DNA of 64,000 nucleotides. It comes from a virus. The notes beneath the pieces are model-generated. The model was not told the origin of the DNA and searched no databases. It saw only the letters and a list, made by a program, of their open reading frames with translations. The stretch is taken from the IMG/VR virus record IMGVR_UViG_3300033553_000165, positions 1 to 64,000 of that record; one strand, given 5' to 3'. Made by a program: the position numbers and the translations under genes. Each line of letters opens with the position of its first letter. The stretch's first letter is position 1. Positions 1-10,894 of the stretch are shown one piece after another.

Positions 1-5
1 GCATA

Positions 6-38
6 TCGTCGGCAGCGTCAGATGTGTATAAGAGACAG
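6..38 (+). other. Nextera/Tn5 read-1 adapter (library artifact)
   Basis: Exact TCGTCGGCAGCGTCAGATGTGTATAAGAGACAG at the contig end. Confidence 0.98.
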
Positions 39-1603
39 ACTGTACTCCAAGTAGATATACTTTGATTAAACGAAGTAGCATTTTTGAATATACTACTAAA
101 AGAAGTTACCAGTGAAGTATTCCATCCACTTACTGAACTGTTAAAGCTAATCGCACCATCAAACATACTACTCATCTGCGTACAAGATGAAAGATTAAGG
201 GTGCTTAAAGGTTGATTGAACGCTTCTGCAGATTGTAAGAAAGAACCAAAGGTTATAACTAATGCAGTATTCCAATTCGACAGTGATTGATTAAATACTG
301 TACACCCTCTAAATGTATAAGCCATATCTGTAACCTTAGCGGTGTTAAAATGGCTTACTGATTGATTAAATGCAGGACATTGATAAAATGAGAAGCCTAA
401 GTTTGTTACATTAGTTGTTACCCAACTTGTTAATGGTTGATTAAATACAGCGCAAGTGCTAAAGATGCTGTTTAAATTGGTAGCAGAAGTAGTTACTAAT
501 CCCGAAACAGAACTATCAAAACTAGCACAGTCTTTAAACATAGATTGGTAATTTTGACCAGCCGTTGTAGTCCAATTAGATACTGGATAATTATATGCAG
601 CACAACTATCGAACATAAAACTATAGTTAGTAACATTAGAAGTGTTGCTTCCCCAAACGCTTAAATCCCTATTAAAAATAGTACAACCACTAAACATTGC
701 AGAAAGGTTAGTTGCACCGCTTACATTCCAAGTGCTTACATCAGCATTAAAATTAGCGCAGTTTCTAAAACATTCACTAAAAGTAGTAACACCACTTACA
801 TTCCAGTTTTCTAATCCCACTCCATCAAAAGAAGCGCAGTCTTTAAAATTAACAGTTGCTAAATTCGTGTTCCACTCGGATAATCTAGGTATACTAGAAA
901 AACCGCAGTTAATAAGAGATAGCCTAGTTATAGTCTGTTGTGGCAACCCATAATTATCAGGGAAAGTTAAATTTAAACCGTTAGTCATATACAACCGCTG
1001 AAGCGATGCCCCAAAGTTTAAAAACTCTGTGATCTTAAAGCAGTCTGTGGTAGGAAAAACAGTTTCATTAATATTTCCTTTAATTTTAACTATGTAAATA
1101 CCTGGCGCTGCATATTGATGCACTATACCTGACGATGATCCTGCTCCTGTTCCTACTGCTTCAGTAGTGCCATCACCCCAATCAATTGTACCATTTATAT
1201 TCGTAGATAGCGGAGCGGTTAAAAAAGGAGATGTATAGCTATCAACTCCACTATCATTTACTCCTCCATTTGTTTTTGTAGTATCGACTTTAAAAGCTAT
1301 AGCTTCTCCACCTTGCGCAATTCTAAAATACAAGTTCTTACCAGCTGTATTGTCTAATGGGGGATTCATTGCATTTAAGTAATCCGCTATACCTTGTTCA
1401 TCCGGAGAAGTTAAATCAAACTCAGGTAAGTCAATAAACATATTAACGTTAGGGTTACCACTTCCCTCTCCTGCAGGTATGGGTCCTTTTGTACCGTTAG
1501 TTCTCCAGTACTCAGCAGCACTACCGCCAGCAGGGTCTTGAACCCCTTCGGTGATAACTTTACCTTGTATTCTTATATCTGAAGTGAATTTCTTTTCAGC
1601 CAT
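39..1603 (-). CDS. BspA/DUF285 leucine-rich-repeat surface/adhesin protein with PKD-like domain, 3'-truncated
   Basis: Absent from the ORF track (no stop). Hand translation from ATG at 1603: MAEKKFTSDIRIQG..TIDWGDGTTE..VHQYAAPGIYIVKIKG, then repeats such as FNADVSTWNVSGATNLSAMFSGC and FNQSLSNWNTALV. Confidence 0.88.
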
Positions 1604-1607
1604 TATT

Positions 1608-2744
1608 TTATCCTACTATTGTTACGTGGTATTGATTTAATGTCGGAGCAGTATTAAATTGAAACTGAACCGTATTTATTGTCGGTGCCGTCCAAGCTCC
1701 ATCTATTGCTTCCGTTCCTTCTTTCATATTTACTAATACATCAGTGGTTCCTAAGTTATGAGTAACTGTGATAGCAGTGGCAGCGGCATCCCCTATGTTC
1801 TGAGAGTAGGTTTTAACGTAACCTCCAAGAACAGTTCCTAAATGAGCAGGAGAAACAGCTACGTTCGTCAAAGTTAATGCATCAACCTCAGCGGCAGTAG
1901 CTAATCGGATTATACCCTTTTCAACTTCAGTCGCATCTACGATATCCGGAATGTTTCTTTCTATTCTGATCCAATCTGCAAGTACAGTCGGAGCATCAAT
2001 TTTCGCTATCAACGTATCTCCTATACTAACGTCTTCTGTGAAGAAGGTACCAGCGGCAGATACAACATAAAAATCACCTTTTTTAACCGCTCCTGCTCCC
2101 GTTTCTAAATCCGGAACATTTGTAGATGCGTTGTAAGATTCTATCGTAGGAGTCGGTACACCTGAAAGTGCCGCAGCGATTTCAGCTTCAATTTTAGTAG
2201 AACTCCACGTGTCTGTAGAATTAGTTACCGCATCATTGATTACGGCTGCTCCTATATCAGCCGCAGTAAGTGATCTTGTAGCAAAACCTGTTACGTGACC
2301 TTCTGCGTTTACTTCTACGTCTGAGATAACTTGGGCTCCCGATAAAGCGACCCCTAAATCGTTTCCAGCAAAAGTTGGGTGAACGTAATTATTCGCATCA
2401 GCTGCTCCCGTGTACCCTAAATCTGCAAGAGTAAGAACCCTTGTGGTCAGTACATCTACGTGTCCTTCCGCATCAGTTTGAAATGTAGCTAATACGTTCG
2501 CTCCTGTCAGTGTAGGAGTTTGAGCTCCGTTAGTTGCTTCTGGATGCGTGTAGGTCGCTCCTCCGGAAGCCATCATATCTACCCAAACCGTTCCGTTATA
2601 ACCCCATAGAATCTTATTGGCAGTGTTGAAATAGATTTGTCCCTGTAAAGGACTCGTTGGGTCTGTAGCTAAATTTTGAACTACGGCATTCAATAATTGA
2701 TTTTTATTTAGATCAATATGAACGATAAATTTTTTTGCGGCCAT
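1608..2744 (-). CDS. Fibre protein (tail or head fibre)
   Basis: Two YxHP..GAxV....xxEGHV...TRxLTxADxG repeats; DATEVEKGIIRLATAAEV fibre repeat; C-terminal THNLGTTDV domain. Confidence 0.75.
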   Translation of the reverse strand: MAAKKFIVHIDLNKNQLLNAVVQNLATDPTSPLQGQIYFNTANKILWGYNGTVWVDMMASGGATYTHPEATNGAQTPTLTGANVLATFQTDAEGHVDVLTTRVLTLADLGYTGAADANNYVHPTFAGNDLGVALSGAQVISDVEVNAEGHVTGFATRSLTAADIGAAVINDAVTNSTDTWSSTKIEAEIAAALSGVPTPTIESYNASTNVPDLETGAGAVKKGDFYVVSAAGTFFTEDVSIGDTLIAKIDAPTVLADWIRIERNIPDIVDATEVEKGIIRLATAAEVDALTLTNVAVSPAHLGTVLGGYVKTYSQNIGDAAATAITVTHNLGTTDVLVNMKEGTEAIDGAWTAPTINTVQFQFNTAPTLNQYHVTIVG

Positions 2745-2765
2745 AATTGTTTATTTAATATTAAG

Positions 2766-4511
2766 TTAGTTAAGAGTTGCTTTTCCTGAAAACGGTGCGT
2801 TAAATTCTATTGTTAAATTATTAATATCTGTATGTATGATTTCACCTTCGACTTCATTGTTGGCAGTATCCAAAACGTGGGGAGTTGGATATTTACCTAA
2901 TCCGTGAGCTATCGTCCAAATTGCGGAAGCAGTTCCTTGATCGTGTACATAATTTTTATCCCCACTTCCAGTTCCGGAAGGCTTTGGCTCCCATACTATA
3001 CTCCCGTCTAATTGAGAGACTGGTATTAAATCTTGCGTTTCTGGAACAAAGAATTTAGCAACCGTTTGTTTCTCAATTAGGGTGTAATTTTCTTGAGATA
3101 AACCGTATCCTGCTATTTTATCAACCTTTAATGCGTCTTGTTGGTCTACATACGCTACAGTGGCATAATCCCCAAAAGATGGATTTGAAGTTCCCTTTAT
3201 TGTAAAAATATTATCTAACCAAAGTCCAAAACTTAAATTAGATGCCGTCCAAATGACGAAACGAATCTTAGTAAGGGTGGTCATTATTGAATCTTGAGGA
3301 ACTGTAGCAGCTAAATTTTGCCAAGATGTACTATTAGATATGTCGAAAGAAGGGTCACTTGGTAAGTATAAATTAACAGGATTTGCCCCTGCGTCAGTTC
3401 CTATAAATTGAATTCTATAAGCGTCTCCTCTATGTTTATTGTAATTTCCGGCTTTTATGAATAAGCTATAACCTAAAGAAGACAAGTCAGAAAGAAGTAT
3501 CGGAGCATCTGGAGTAAATTCTACAGCGTCAAACTGTTGTAAAAGTGTTCCCTCAATTGAGATAGTATTCGTTAAAGGTTTTGTTGTACTATTAAGTACG
3601 AACCGAGTCATAGCCGCAGGGAAATTCGCTGTATTATATTCTCCACCTACAACCTGAGCATTTTCATCGTAAACTTTACCTGTCGTTACACCGTCTGGAG
3701 TTAAGGCTCCCGCTTTTATGATTATGATAGCAGCCTTTAATTGCGTTAGAGGATCAATGGAAGGCTCTACGGGATTTAATGCCGGAGTACCTTCTATAAT
3801 TGAACCCGTTCCGTCAGAATTTAAAGCGAAAACCGCTATACGATCAAACGTTGGGTCTGCTGTAGCGGCAGTTTGTGGGTCTTGATTTAATATATATGTA
3901 GTTCCTCCAAATTCCCACCTTGCTGTCCATAAATACTCAAGTCCTCCTTGATAACCATCGTTGAAATAAATTATTCTATCCCCAGTTCCTGCGGCAAAAA
4001 TTGATTCATCTAAAAAGACCTTACCATCAGCACCTGTAGTTAAGGCTTGATTCGGGTCTGTAGATACACCTTCGAGCGCATCGAACTTCAATAGGTTATT
4101 TACAGTAATTAGCGTATTCACGCCACCATATTCTCCTTTTCCTAATCCTGTTAAGAAAAACTTATCTCCATTTATTATGCGGACGATTATTACTTCTTTA
4201 TCTGAAATTGTAAGTCCAACGTTCAAAAATTCCGCAACCCCCTCTTCGTCTTGAGTCGTTAGACTCGCTGAAGGGATTGTTATTACTCTAAATTTATTAT
4301 CTTGATCAAGAGCAGGTAAATTTTGTATATTTGCCGCATCTAAAATTATACTATCAATCAGCGCATTATTCTCATCCAGAAAATTTATCTGGAAAGGATT
4401 CGTGCCGTCATATTCAGCGACTTTGAAAATCTGTTTTGTGACGTGACCCGTTAAACCGTTGAAGCTTTCAACGACTCTTCCATTTAATATGTTTATACTG
4501 TTAACAGCCAT
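2766..4511 (-). CDS. Fibre/structural protein with beta-sandwich domain
   Basis: ADPTFDRIAVF motif; KVDKIAGYGLSQENYT fibre motif; C-terminal YVHDQ..WTIAHGLGKYP domain. Confidence 0.7.
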   Translation of the reverse strand: MAVNSINILNGRVVESFNGLTGHVTKQIFKVAEYDGTNPFQINFLDENNALIDSIILDAANIQNLPALDQDNKFRVITIPSASLTTQDEEGVAEFLNVGLTISDKEVIIVRIINGDKFFLTGLGKGEYGGVNTLITVNNLLKFDALEGVSTDPNQALTTGADGKVFLDESIFAAGTGDRIIYFNDGYQGGLEYLWTARWEFGGTTYILNQDPQTAATADPTFDRIAVFALNSDGTGSIIEGTPALNPVEPSIDPLTQLKAAIIIIKAGALTPDGVTTGKVYDENAQVVGGEYNTANFPAAMTRFVLNSTTKPLTNTISIEGTLLQQFDAVEFTPDAPILLSDLSSLGYSLFIKAGNYNKHRGDAYRIQFIGTDAGANPVNLYLPSDPSFDISNSTSWQNLAATVPQDSIMTTLTKIRFVIWTASNLSFGLWLDNIFTIKGTSNPSFGDYATVAYVDQQDALKVDKIAGYGLSQENYTLIEKQTVAKFFVPETQDLIPVSQLDGSIVWEPKPSGTGSGDKNYVHDQGTASAIWTIAHGLGKYPTPHVLDTANNEVEGEIIHTDINNLTIEFNAPFSGKATLN

Positions 4512-5458
4512 TATCCTCTAAATTGTTTTGAACCGAAATCACTAATTCTTGACGTCCATTCCGTGTAAACATCTAATCTTTCCGGATCAGGTGTATATGT
4601 AAGCTCACCAACCGCAATATCATTAGGAAAGGATAAAACTTGACCAACCGTTATATCTACTCCTCTTAATCTTAACCATCCAAACTCAGGTAATGAATCT
4701 ACAATTAATTCAAACGGATCATCATTTTCTGGATCAGCATAATTAGGAGTGCTCTTAGTCGTAAAGTCCGCTACAGTGTATTCGTACACCTCACTTGTTT
4801 GAACCGCTATCGACGTGCTTCCTACGGCACTCGGTGGTTGGTTAACGGTTGTTTCTCTAGCATTTATAAATCCTGTTGGGACGAAACTCCATTGGGCTAC
4901 ATTACTTTCTCTATCCGCTGTATCTGTAGTAACAAAATCAAATGCGAATCTTTCGGCATCTACAAGTCTTCCGCTAAGATAAACAATATCGGTATCGCTC
5001 TTTTTAAAAGTTAGCGTACCATCTATATTATCCAATAAAGCATACCCTAATGCGGCATATTCTTCTATTATTAAACTAATCTCTTTATCAAATTCATACG
5101 CTATTCCATTATAAACCGCAAACGCATCCGAAAGTTCAAATTTCAAACCGCTTGAATTTAAGACCGCAATCGTATCTCCTTCTCTAACTATCACTCCTAA
5201 ATATTTTAATTGAGGAACATCAGGAAGTGTTTTTATAATTACATTTTTGTAGGTATTTCCTTCCGCACTAAAATCTTTAGTGAAGCTGGAAAGTGAAAAT
5301 GTGTATATAGTTTCAGTCAATGAATCCGAATTATTTGCGACATAAACCCCTATCGTTTCACAGCTTCTAATTAAGACACTGCCTACATATACATTACAAA
5401 TCTCTATGGATCCGAGATGTATATTCCAGTCATCTATATTATTCAAGTGTACGGGCAT
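4511..5458 (-). CDS. Virion protein with two Ig/cadherin-like repeats
   Basis: Duplicated YxF..xDFT..IxxLP..L.xxG..V..G motif; lies in the fibre cluster. Confidence 0.55.
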   Translation of the reverse strand: MPVHLNNIDDWNIHLGSIEICNVYVGSVLIRSCETIGVYVANNSDSLTETIYTFSLSSFTKDFSAEGNTYKNVIIKTLPDVPQLKYLGVIVREGDTIAVLNSSGLKFELSDAFAVYNGIAYEFDKEISLIIEEYAALGYALLDNIDGTLTFKKSDTDIVYLSGRLVDAERFAFDFVTTDTADRESNVAQWSFVPTGFINARETTVNQPPSAVGSTSIAVQTSEVYEYTVADFTTKSTPNYADPENDDPFELIVDSLPEFGWLRLRGVDITVGQVLSFPNDIAVGELTYTPDPERLDVYTEWTSRISDFGSKQFRG

Positions 5459-5461
5459 AAT

Positions 5462-6832
5462 CTAGACTGTTTTTGGAGTCAAATAGATAATAGCTGGGTC
5501 TAGAGTCCCGGCAGTGTTCATTGCTTCCCATTCTGCGTACGGGAGATAAATTATTTTTGTTAAATTGTCGCTCTTTTGTAGAAGCTTAGCAAGTTCTACT
5601 GATAAGTTCGTAACTGTAGATATGGCCTGAACCCCAGTATGATTTGCTCTATCTCTTGAATCTATATCGGCTTGCTCCAACAACGTCATCTTCTGATCAT
5701 ATTCGGTCTTATTATTGGTTACCGTTTGATCTATGGTATTATTGAAGGTCGTTTGATTTGATAAGAAAGCATCGTGAGAAATACTTAACGCTAATAAATC
5801 ACTGTTTGTATTATTTATCTCTTCCCAAAGTTTTGCTATCTGCTCATTGTAATTCCCCTCTTCAGAATAATTATTAGAACCTAATAAGGGAGCCCAAGTT
5901 CCATTAAATAAAGCAGCATTTACAATTGATGCTTCCATATCTTGGGTTTTAATCCCTATAAACTTCCTAAATTCATAGCAATTTGTAGGGATGACGTAAG
6001 ATGGCTCGCACTGTGCACTTCCTACCTTTAATACGATTGACCCAGAAAATCCTGAAACACCATTAGTCGAAACCTTTAATCGTGCTACACTTCCGTTTAT
6101 CGTTTTTATAAAACTATCCGCTGTTCCGGCTTCATTATAGATAACGAAATTATCGGTGGAGTTGGCGTCGGTGTTCAGTTCTAAAATTCCTTCGGCAGAC
6201 CAAGCTGCATCTTTTATGATTTCAAAATATTGCTGAGAAAGGTTTGGAATTAATGTCGTTCCTCTTTTTAGCGTTATCTCTATAATGTTTCCATAAACTA
6301 AGTTTGTGAAATCAATTCTTACACCTTCCGTAACTGGAGTGAGTGCGAATGAACCTGTCGAGCTTTTTATTGTAAAACTATCTACCCAAGAACATACTTC
6401 ACAAGCGACTTCATATTTCGGTTCAACGCTAAAGTTTAAACCTGACTCATCGTCAGCAAAACCTACGTATGTGAAGTTTCCTCCACCGCTTCCAGATCCA
6501 TCAAAAGCTGTCCACCTTCCGGAAAATAAAGTTGAGGTCAAAGTTGTAATTGGAGTCGTTGAAGTAATTACCGCCCAATAAGTAGAAGTGACTTGTTTAG
6601 TGGTTGTAAAATTCGCTCCTTCTGTACTTGTAGCATATCCAATATAGGTATAAATACCATTTACCGTCGCACCGCTTCCTAAGGGAGTCCAAGCTGCCCC
6701 AATTACGCTATAATATTTATGTATTTTGATTCCAGGATTATCATCGAACCAAATAATCTTGGTATTCAACGGAGGATTTACTCCTACGTGAATTGCTTTT
6801 ATTAAGCCAAAGTTCTTGGTTTCTCTACTCAT
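5462..6832 (-). CDS. Fibre/structural protein
   Basis: YTYIGYA/FTYVGFAD repeats, coiled coil, RDRANHTGVQAISTVTNL fibre motif. Confidence 0.65.
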   Translation of the reverse strand: MSRETKNFGLIKAIHVGVNPPLNTKIIWFDDNPGIKIHKYYSVIGAAWTPLGSGATVNGIYTYIGYATSTEGANFTTTKQVTSTYWAVITSTTPITTLTSTLFSGRWTAFDGSGSGGGNFTYVGFADDESGLNFSVEPKYEVACEVCSWVDSFTIKSSTGSFALTPVTEGVRIDFTNLVYGNIIEITLKRGTTLIPNLSQQYFEIIKDAAWSAEGILELNTDANSTDNFVIYNEAGTADSFIKTINGSVARLKVSTNGVSGFSGSIVLKVGSAQCEPSYVIPTNCYEFRKFIGIKTQDMEASIVNAALFNGTWAPLLGSNNYSEEGNYNEQIAKLWEEINNTNSDLLALSISHDAFLSNQTTFNNTIDQTVTNNKTEYDQKMTLLEQADIDSRDRANHTGVQAISTVTNLSVELAKLLQKSDNLTKIIYLPYAEWEAMNTAGTLDPAIIYLTPKTV

Positions 6833-8460
6833 TACTTCTTAAGATTATTTTTAAACGCCTTCAGAAAGGGATTATCGTCCTCATCCATATTACCGTAATT
6901 CAAGAAAGGATTATCACCTCCTTCATTCCATTCCTCTTCTTCGTCGTCCATATTTACACCTTCAAGAAAAGGATTCGGTGCTTCGCCTTCCATTCCCATT
7001 CCTGCTTGAGCTTGTTGTTGCTCCATCATTTTCATTTGGGTGTAAGTAGGATTCAAAATTATATCTCCTCCGTCAACTGGCGGGAGATTGTACTTTTTAC
7101 GAATTTCATTTAGTGTTTGGAAGTTGGTAAGTTTTTTAATCTCCATTTCCAACTCTTCCTCAATCGTCATACCGTTCAACCCTACGAACTGAAGCTCATA
7201 ATCTGGATCAAGTTGGCTAACAATATGCTTGTTGAGTTTTCTCTGAATAAATTTCAGAAGAGGAAATAAACCTTTATCTTGAGAATGCTTTAATTTACTT
7301 TCATTATTACTTTCATAAGAAGTTTTAACTCCGGCACTCGCAAGGTTAAATCCTATCTCATTTGGATCAATTGAATAAACTGAACAAGAAAGTTTTATAA
7401 GATATTCGCTCCAAGAAGAGAACTCCATATCTCTATTATTCTTCTGTAAATCTATCCAGTCAATATCTGCATCTACAATCGGAGTCTTCCAAGATTGTTG
7501 AACCCCCGTTATCATAGATAACCATTCTTGTCTGAAGGCTGAAAGTTGCTTTTCGCTCACATTACCCTTAACCTTTAATAAACCTTTCGGTGCGGCTCCT
7601 TGGCTGAAGAATCTCTTATTATATTCATCTGCCCAAAGCATAGCTGTTACCGTGCTTATTAATTCTTCAAGTTCCGAAATTCCATATCCAGTGTTATGAA
7701 TACTGGTTGAGGGATTCCTAACTCCGAAGCAAAGTTCCCAAGGATAAAAGTCATTAACTACGTTTCCTTGATAAATTTGAACGTATGACGGATAGTAACC
7801 TTTTATCGCTTCCCGTTCCATCCCGTCATATTCATCATCGTCGTAAGAATCGGCAACCCTGAAAGTTGTAGCATCTGTAGCGAAAAACTCGAACGGTCTC
7901 CCGAACGAATCCCTTACTACTTCAAAAGTCAATTGATCAAAAGTTAAACTATCCTCCGTTATCTTTCTTATAAAGGTCTCAAAATCGTCATTCTCCCAGT
8001 TTTCATTGACTCCGCAATTAAGTATGAAGTTTTGAATCTCTTCGATTTTAGCCCAATCTTCCGGCTCGTCTTCTATCTGTCCTGGCTTCTTCTTTTTACG
8101 GATAATGAAGCCTGTCGAATATTTATCAGCTTGCGGTTCAGCGAAATCAGCTATTTGGTTTTTTCTGGTCTTGATAATAGCGTTGATAATTGGAGTCTTG
8201 GACATAGCCTTTAGCGTTGAATATGTTAACGCATATGGTTTGTCTTTGTATCCAAAACTACTATTAAATTCCAGTGGGTCTATTACAAAAGACTTCTTAT
8301 CACTATGTTGTCTTTCCTCAACCCCCTGTAGAACCTTTTGGGCTCTCATTATATCCGTTGGTGAAGAAGACTTCAACCCTTCGTCAGTCAGGAGAGCCTT
8401 CTTCACTTCTAGCTTTTGTTGTAGAATTTCTAACTTATCAAGCTTTTTACTAATCGACAT
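6832..8460 (-). CDS. Portal protein
   Basis: DSLTFDQLTFEVVRD, GYGISELE, YNKRFFSQGAAPKGLL, DMEFSSW..YLIKLSCSVYSIDPNEIGF: SPO1/Twort-like portal motifs. Confidence 0.92.
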   Translation of the reverse strand: MSISKKLDKLEILQQKLEVKKALLTDEGLKSSSPTDIMRAQKVLQGVEERQHSDKKSFVIDPLEFNSSFGYKDKPYALTYSTLKAMSKTPIINAIIKTRKNQIADFAEPQADKYSTGFIIRKKKKPGQIEDEPEDWAKIEEIQNFILNCGVNENWENDDFETFIRKITEDSLTFDQLTFEVVRDSFGRPFEFFATDATTFRVADSYDDDEYDGMEREAIKGYYPSYVQIYQGNVVNDFYPWELCFGVRNPSTSIHNTGYGISELEELISTVTAMLWADEYNKRFFSQGAAPKGLLKVKGNVSEKQLSAFRQEWLSMITGVQQSWKTPIVDADIDWIDLQKNNRDMEFSSWSEYLIKLSCSVYSIDPNEIGFNLASAGVKTSYESNNESKLKHSQDKGLFPLLKFIQRKLNKHIVSQLDPDYELQFVGLNGMTIEEELEMEIKKLTNFQTLNEIRKKYNLPPVDGGDIILNPTYTQMKMMEQQQAQAGMGMEGEAPNPFLEGVNMDDEEEEWNEGGDNPFLNYGNMDEDDNPFLKAFKNNLKK

Positions 8461-8473
8461 ACTGTCTTAAATT

Positions 8474-10246
8474 TTATTTCTTATTACCGCCTTTTCTTCT
8501 ACTCTGTTCCAACTTATCAAGTGCCATAGATTGGGCTCTTGCTAAGTCTTTAGAAGTAAAAGTTTCTCCACCGCTTCTTTTAAGTTCTTTATTCGTTTCC
8601 GCTTCTATAAACTTAAAGTCTTCAACGTCTTTTACAATTGCGTGATATCTTTCTGCTACACTACCTCCAGTTGGTTCAGGTTTATCTCTATCTTCTTCAT
8701 CATCATCTCCTTCGTCTTCTCCATACTGTTCCTTAGAAGCTTTTCTAGAAGCTTCTTCGTCATCTTCTTCATCTTCTTCCCCGTCTTGCTCTTTCATAGC
8801 ATTCTGGTAAGCTTCCTCATCTTCTTCCTCGTCTTCTTCTTCGTCGTAGAAATTCCCACTTCCAGTTTCTCTCCTGTAGTCTTCCATATCTTCATCCTCT
8901 TCATCCTCTTCGTCGTCCCAATCCTGTCCTGGGTCTTCTTCTTCATCTCCGTCGTGATCCATTCCTGGTCTATCGCTTCCTGGTACCTCATCATCTTCAT
9001 CTTTATCTGTAGGCTCGTTTCCGTCTTCATCTCTCATCATCCAACCCTCTACTTCTCCTCCAGCTTCCTTGAATCTATTTATTAAATCTTGATCCCATTT
9101 CCCTTCTCCGTCATCGAAAGCATTAGCCATTGCGTGAATATCGTCCCACATAGCATCTAAATCACTATCGTCTCCATCGAAGCTTCCGTCGTTTTCATCT
9201 TCATCTTCGTCTCCACCTATAATTTCCTTATCATAGGTTTCGTCAGCGTCAGGGTCATCCTCAGAAGTTTCAAACCCATAACCTTCAGCTCTGAATTTTT
9301 CCATTGCTTGATCAACTAACGCCTCATCAATCGTTCCATCCTCACCATAAAGATCGTCAAATTCTAATCCAACTCCGCCTAACATTCTATCGATATCTTC
9401 AGAAAATTGCTCATCATCTGTACCGTTCATTAAGGCTTCCTTGACTCCTTCTAAACTATCTGCACCGCTTTCTCCCCCACCTTCCCCAGCGTCTGGATGT
9501 CCAGCGTGAGCTTTAAGGTCGTCAAGTGCCGCTTGAGCCGCATCTATCTTAGCGTGAGTTTCGGGACTCTTACCTGCGTTTTGAGCTTGGTGAATCTTAA
9601 CTGCCATAGAAGCAGTCATATTTGGGTCTTCCATTAGCATACCCATTATAGCTTCGTGATTTTCGGATACATATGCCCCTAAATCTACTTCAGCCTGACC
9701 TTCTTCGTCGGTCATCTCTCCACCTTCTCCGCCTTGACGTTGTTCTAATTCTTCTTGAGCGATTTCAACCTCAGCCATTCTTTCTCCAATATTACCGTTC
9801 TTTTCGATAAATTCTTGGAGTTGTTCGTCGGATAATTGAGAAGCGAAACTTCTTAGTTCTTCCTCTGAATGTTCACCTTGGTTCCGGTCTTGGTTGAATT
9901 GTTGATCTGCGCTTCCGTCATCTTCTGAATTGGAAGTCTTGGGCGAAGCTTGTTGTTTTTGAACACCTCCTTCTTTTACGTTAGATTTTGCTTCGCCCTC
10001 CTCTTCCTCACCGCCCATCGGTTTCTTTTCAGCTTTTGGATCTTCCCCATTTTTTACCCATCGAGTAGTTTGGTGACCCCTTTTATCTTGAACCTTTTTT
10101 TGAACCAGTTGGCTCTTTGGTTTATCTTTCTTATCCCCAAAATCCATATGCCCTTTAGTTAATTCCTCAAAGTCTTTGAAACCTTTGAGGATATTTAACT
10201 TTCGGGATGCTTGGTGTTCGTGGATGCTTTCAAATTTATCCGACAT
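8474..10246 (-). CDS. Highly acidic putative internal head/scaffold-like protein with RLNILKGF-type leader
   Basis: 590 aa, D/E-rich and low complexity; N-terminus shared with 14608..15027 and 15030..16148; adjacent to portal. Confidence 0.55.
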   Translation of the reverse strand: MSDKFESIHEHQASRKLNILKGFKDFEELTKGHMDFGDKKDKPKSQLVQKKVQDKRGHQTTRWVKNGEDPKAEKKPMGGEEEEGEAKSNVKEGGVQKQQASPKTSNSEDDGSADQQFNQDRNQGEHSEEELRSFASQLSDEQLQEFIEKNGNIGERMAEVEIAQEELEQRQGGEGGEMTDEEGQAEVDLGAYVSENHEAIMGMLMEDPNMTASMAVKIHQAQNAGKSPETHAKIDAAQAALDDLKAHAGHPDAGEGGGESGADSLEGVKEALMNGTDDEQFSEDIDRMLGGVGLEFDDLYGEDGTIDEALVDQAMEKFRAEGYGFETSEDDPDADETYDKEIIGGDEDEDENDGSFDGDDSDLDAMWDDIHAMANAFDDGEGKWDQDLINRFKEAGGEVEGWMMRDEDGNEPTDKDEDDEVPGSDRPGMDHDGDEEEDPGQDWDDEEDEEDEDMEDYRRETGSGNFYDEEEDEEEDEEAYQNAMKEQDGEEDEEDDEEASRKASKEQYGEDEGDDDEEDRDKPEPTGGSVAERYHAIVKDVEDFKFIEAETNKELKRSGGETFTSKDLARAQSMALDKLEQSRRKGGNKK

Positions 10247-10262
10247 CGTGGTTTGTTTTAGA

Positions 10263-10811
10263 TTATGCTACTGTTAATGTCGCAGTTCCGACTTTGGTTC
10301 CGTCAGCCGCAGAAGTAGCAGTTACAGTATAATTTCCAAGCGTTACTGTTCCAACTGTAACTAAACCGTTTTGGTTAATACTTAGATTTGCGGCTGCCGC
10401 TATGCTCCAAACTACATCTTGTGAAGCAAGTGCTGGTAGAACGCTTGAAGTGAATTGAACGGTCGTGTCGACTCCTGTACTTGTAGTTGCTGGAGTAACC
10501 GAAACGCTATCGACCACCGCAGTAATATCAGCGCCCTTAACAGCGTCTTTAATAACTAAAGTATTCCCGATAAGTGCGCCAAATTTAGCTTTCACTTCGT
10601 CTTCGGTAACAGTTTGCTCGGCTTTGAAGTCAAACTTATTTCTTAAGTCAGTCTCTCCTAAAGTAAGTAATTCCGCATCCCATTCAGGTGAGGTGGTTAT
10701 GTGAGAGATTACAAATTCTTTTTCTTTTACCGCCAAGCCTTTAATATCAAGCCTTTTTGTAGGGTCTGCAGCGTTGACTACCTGATATAGTCTTACATTT
10801 GAGTTGCTCAT
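10263..10811 (-). CDS. Ig-like (Big_2) domain virion protein
   Basis: C-terminal VDSVSVTP..VQFTSSVLP..VVWS..INQNGLVT. Confidence 0.8.
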   Translation of the reverse strand: MSNSNVRLYQVVNAADPTKRLDIKGLAVKEKEFVISHITTSPEWDAELLTLGETDLRNKFDFKAEQTVTEDEVKAKFGALIGNTLVIKDAVKGADITAVVDSVSVTPATTSTGVDTTVQFTSSVLPALASQDVVWSIAAAANLSINQNGLVTVGTVTLGNYTVTATSAADGTKVGTATLTVA

Positions 10812-10894
10812 AATGAATTCATTTTAATTTTTAATAACTAGTCAAATTGATAATAGCTGTTTATCAAATTTTACTTCGTCAAAATTAAACGTCC

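Noticed and set aside
1-38. Tn5 mosaic end suggesting a transposon boundary
   Set aside because: It is the full Nextera adapter at the contig end, with no transposase; library artifact
39-6832. Diversity-generating retroelement targeting the adhesin genes
   Set aside because: No reverse transcriptase or TR/VR pair seen in this window
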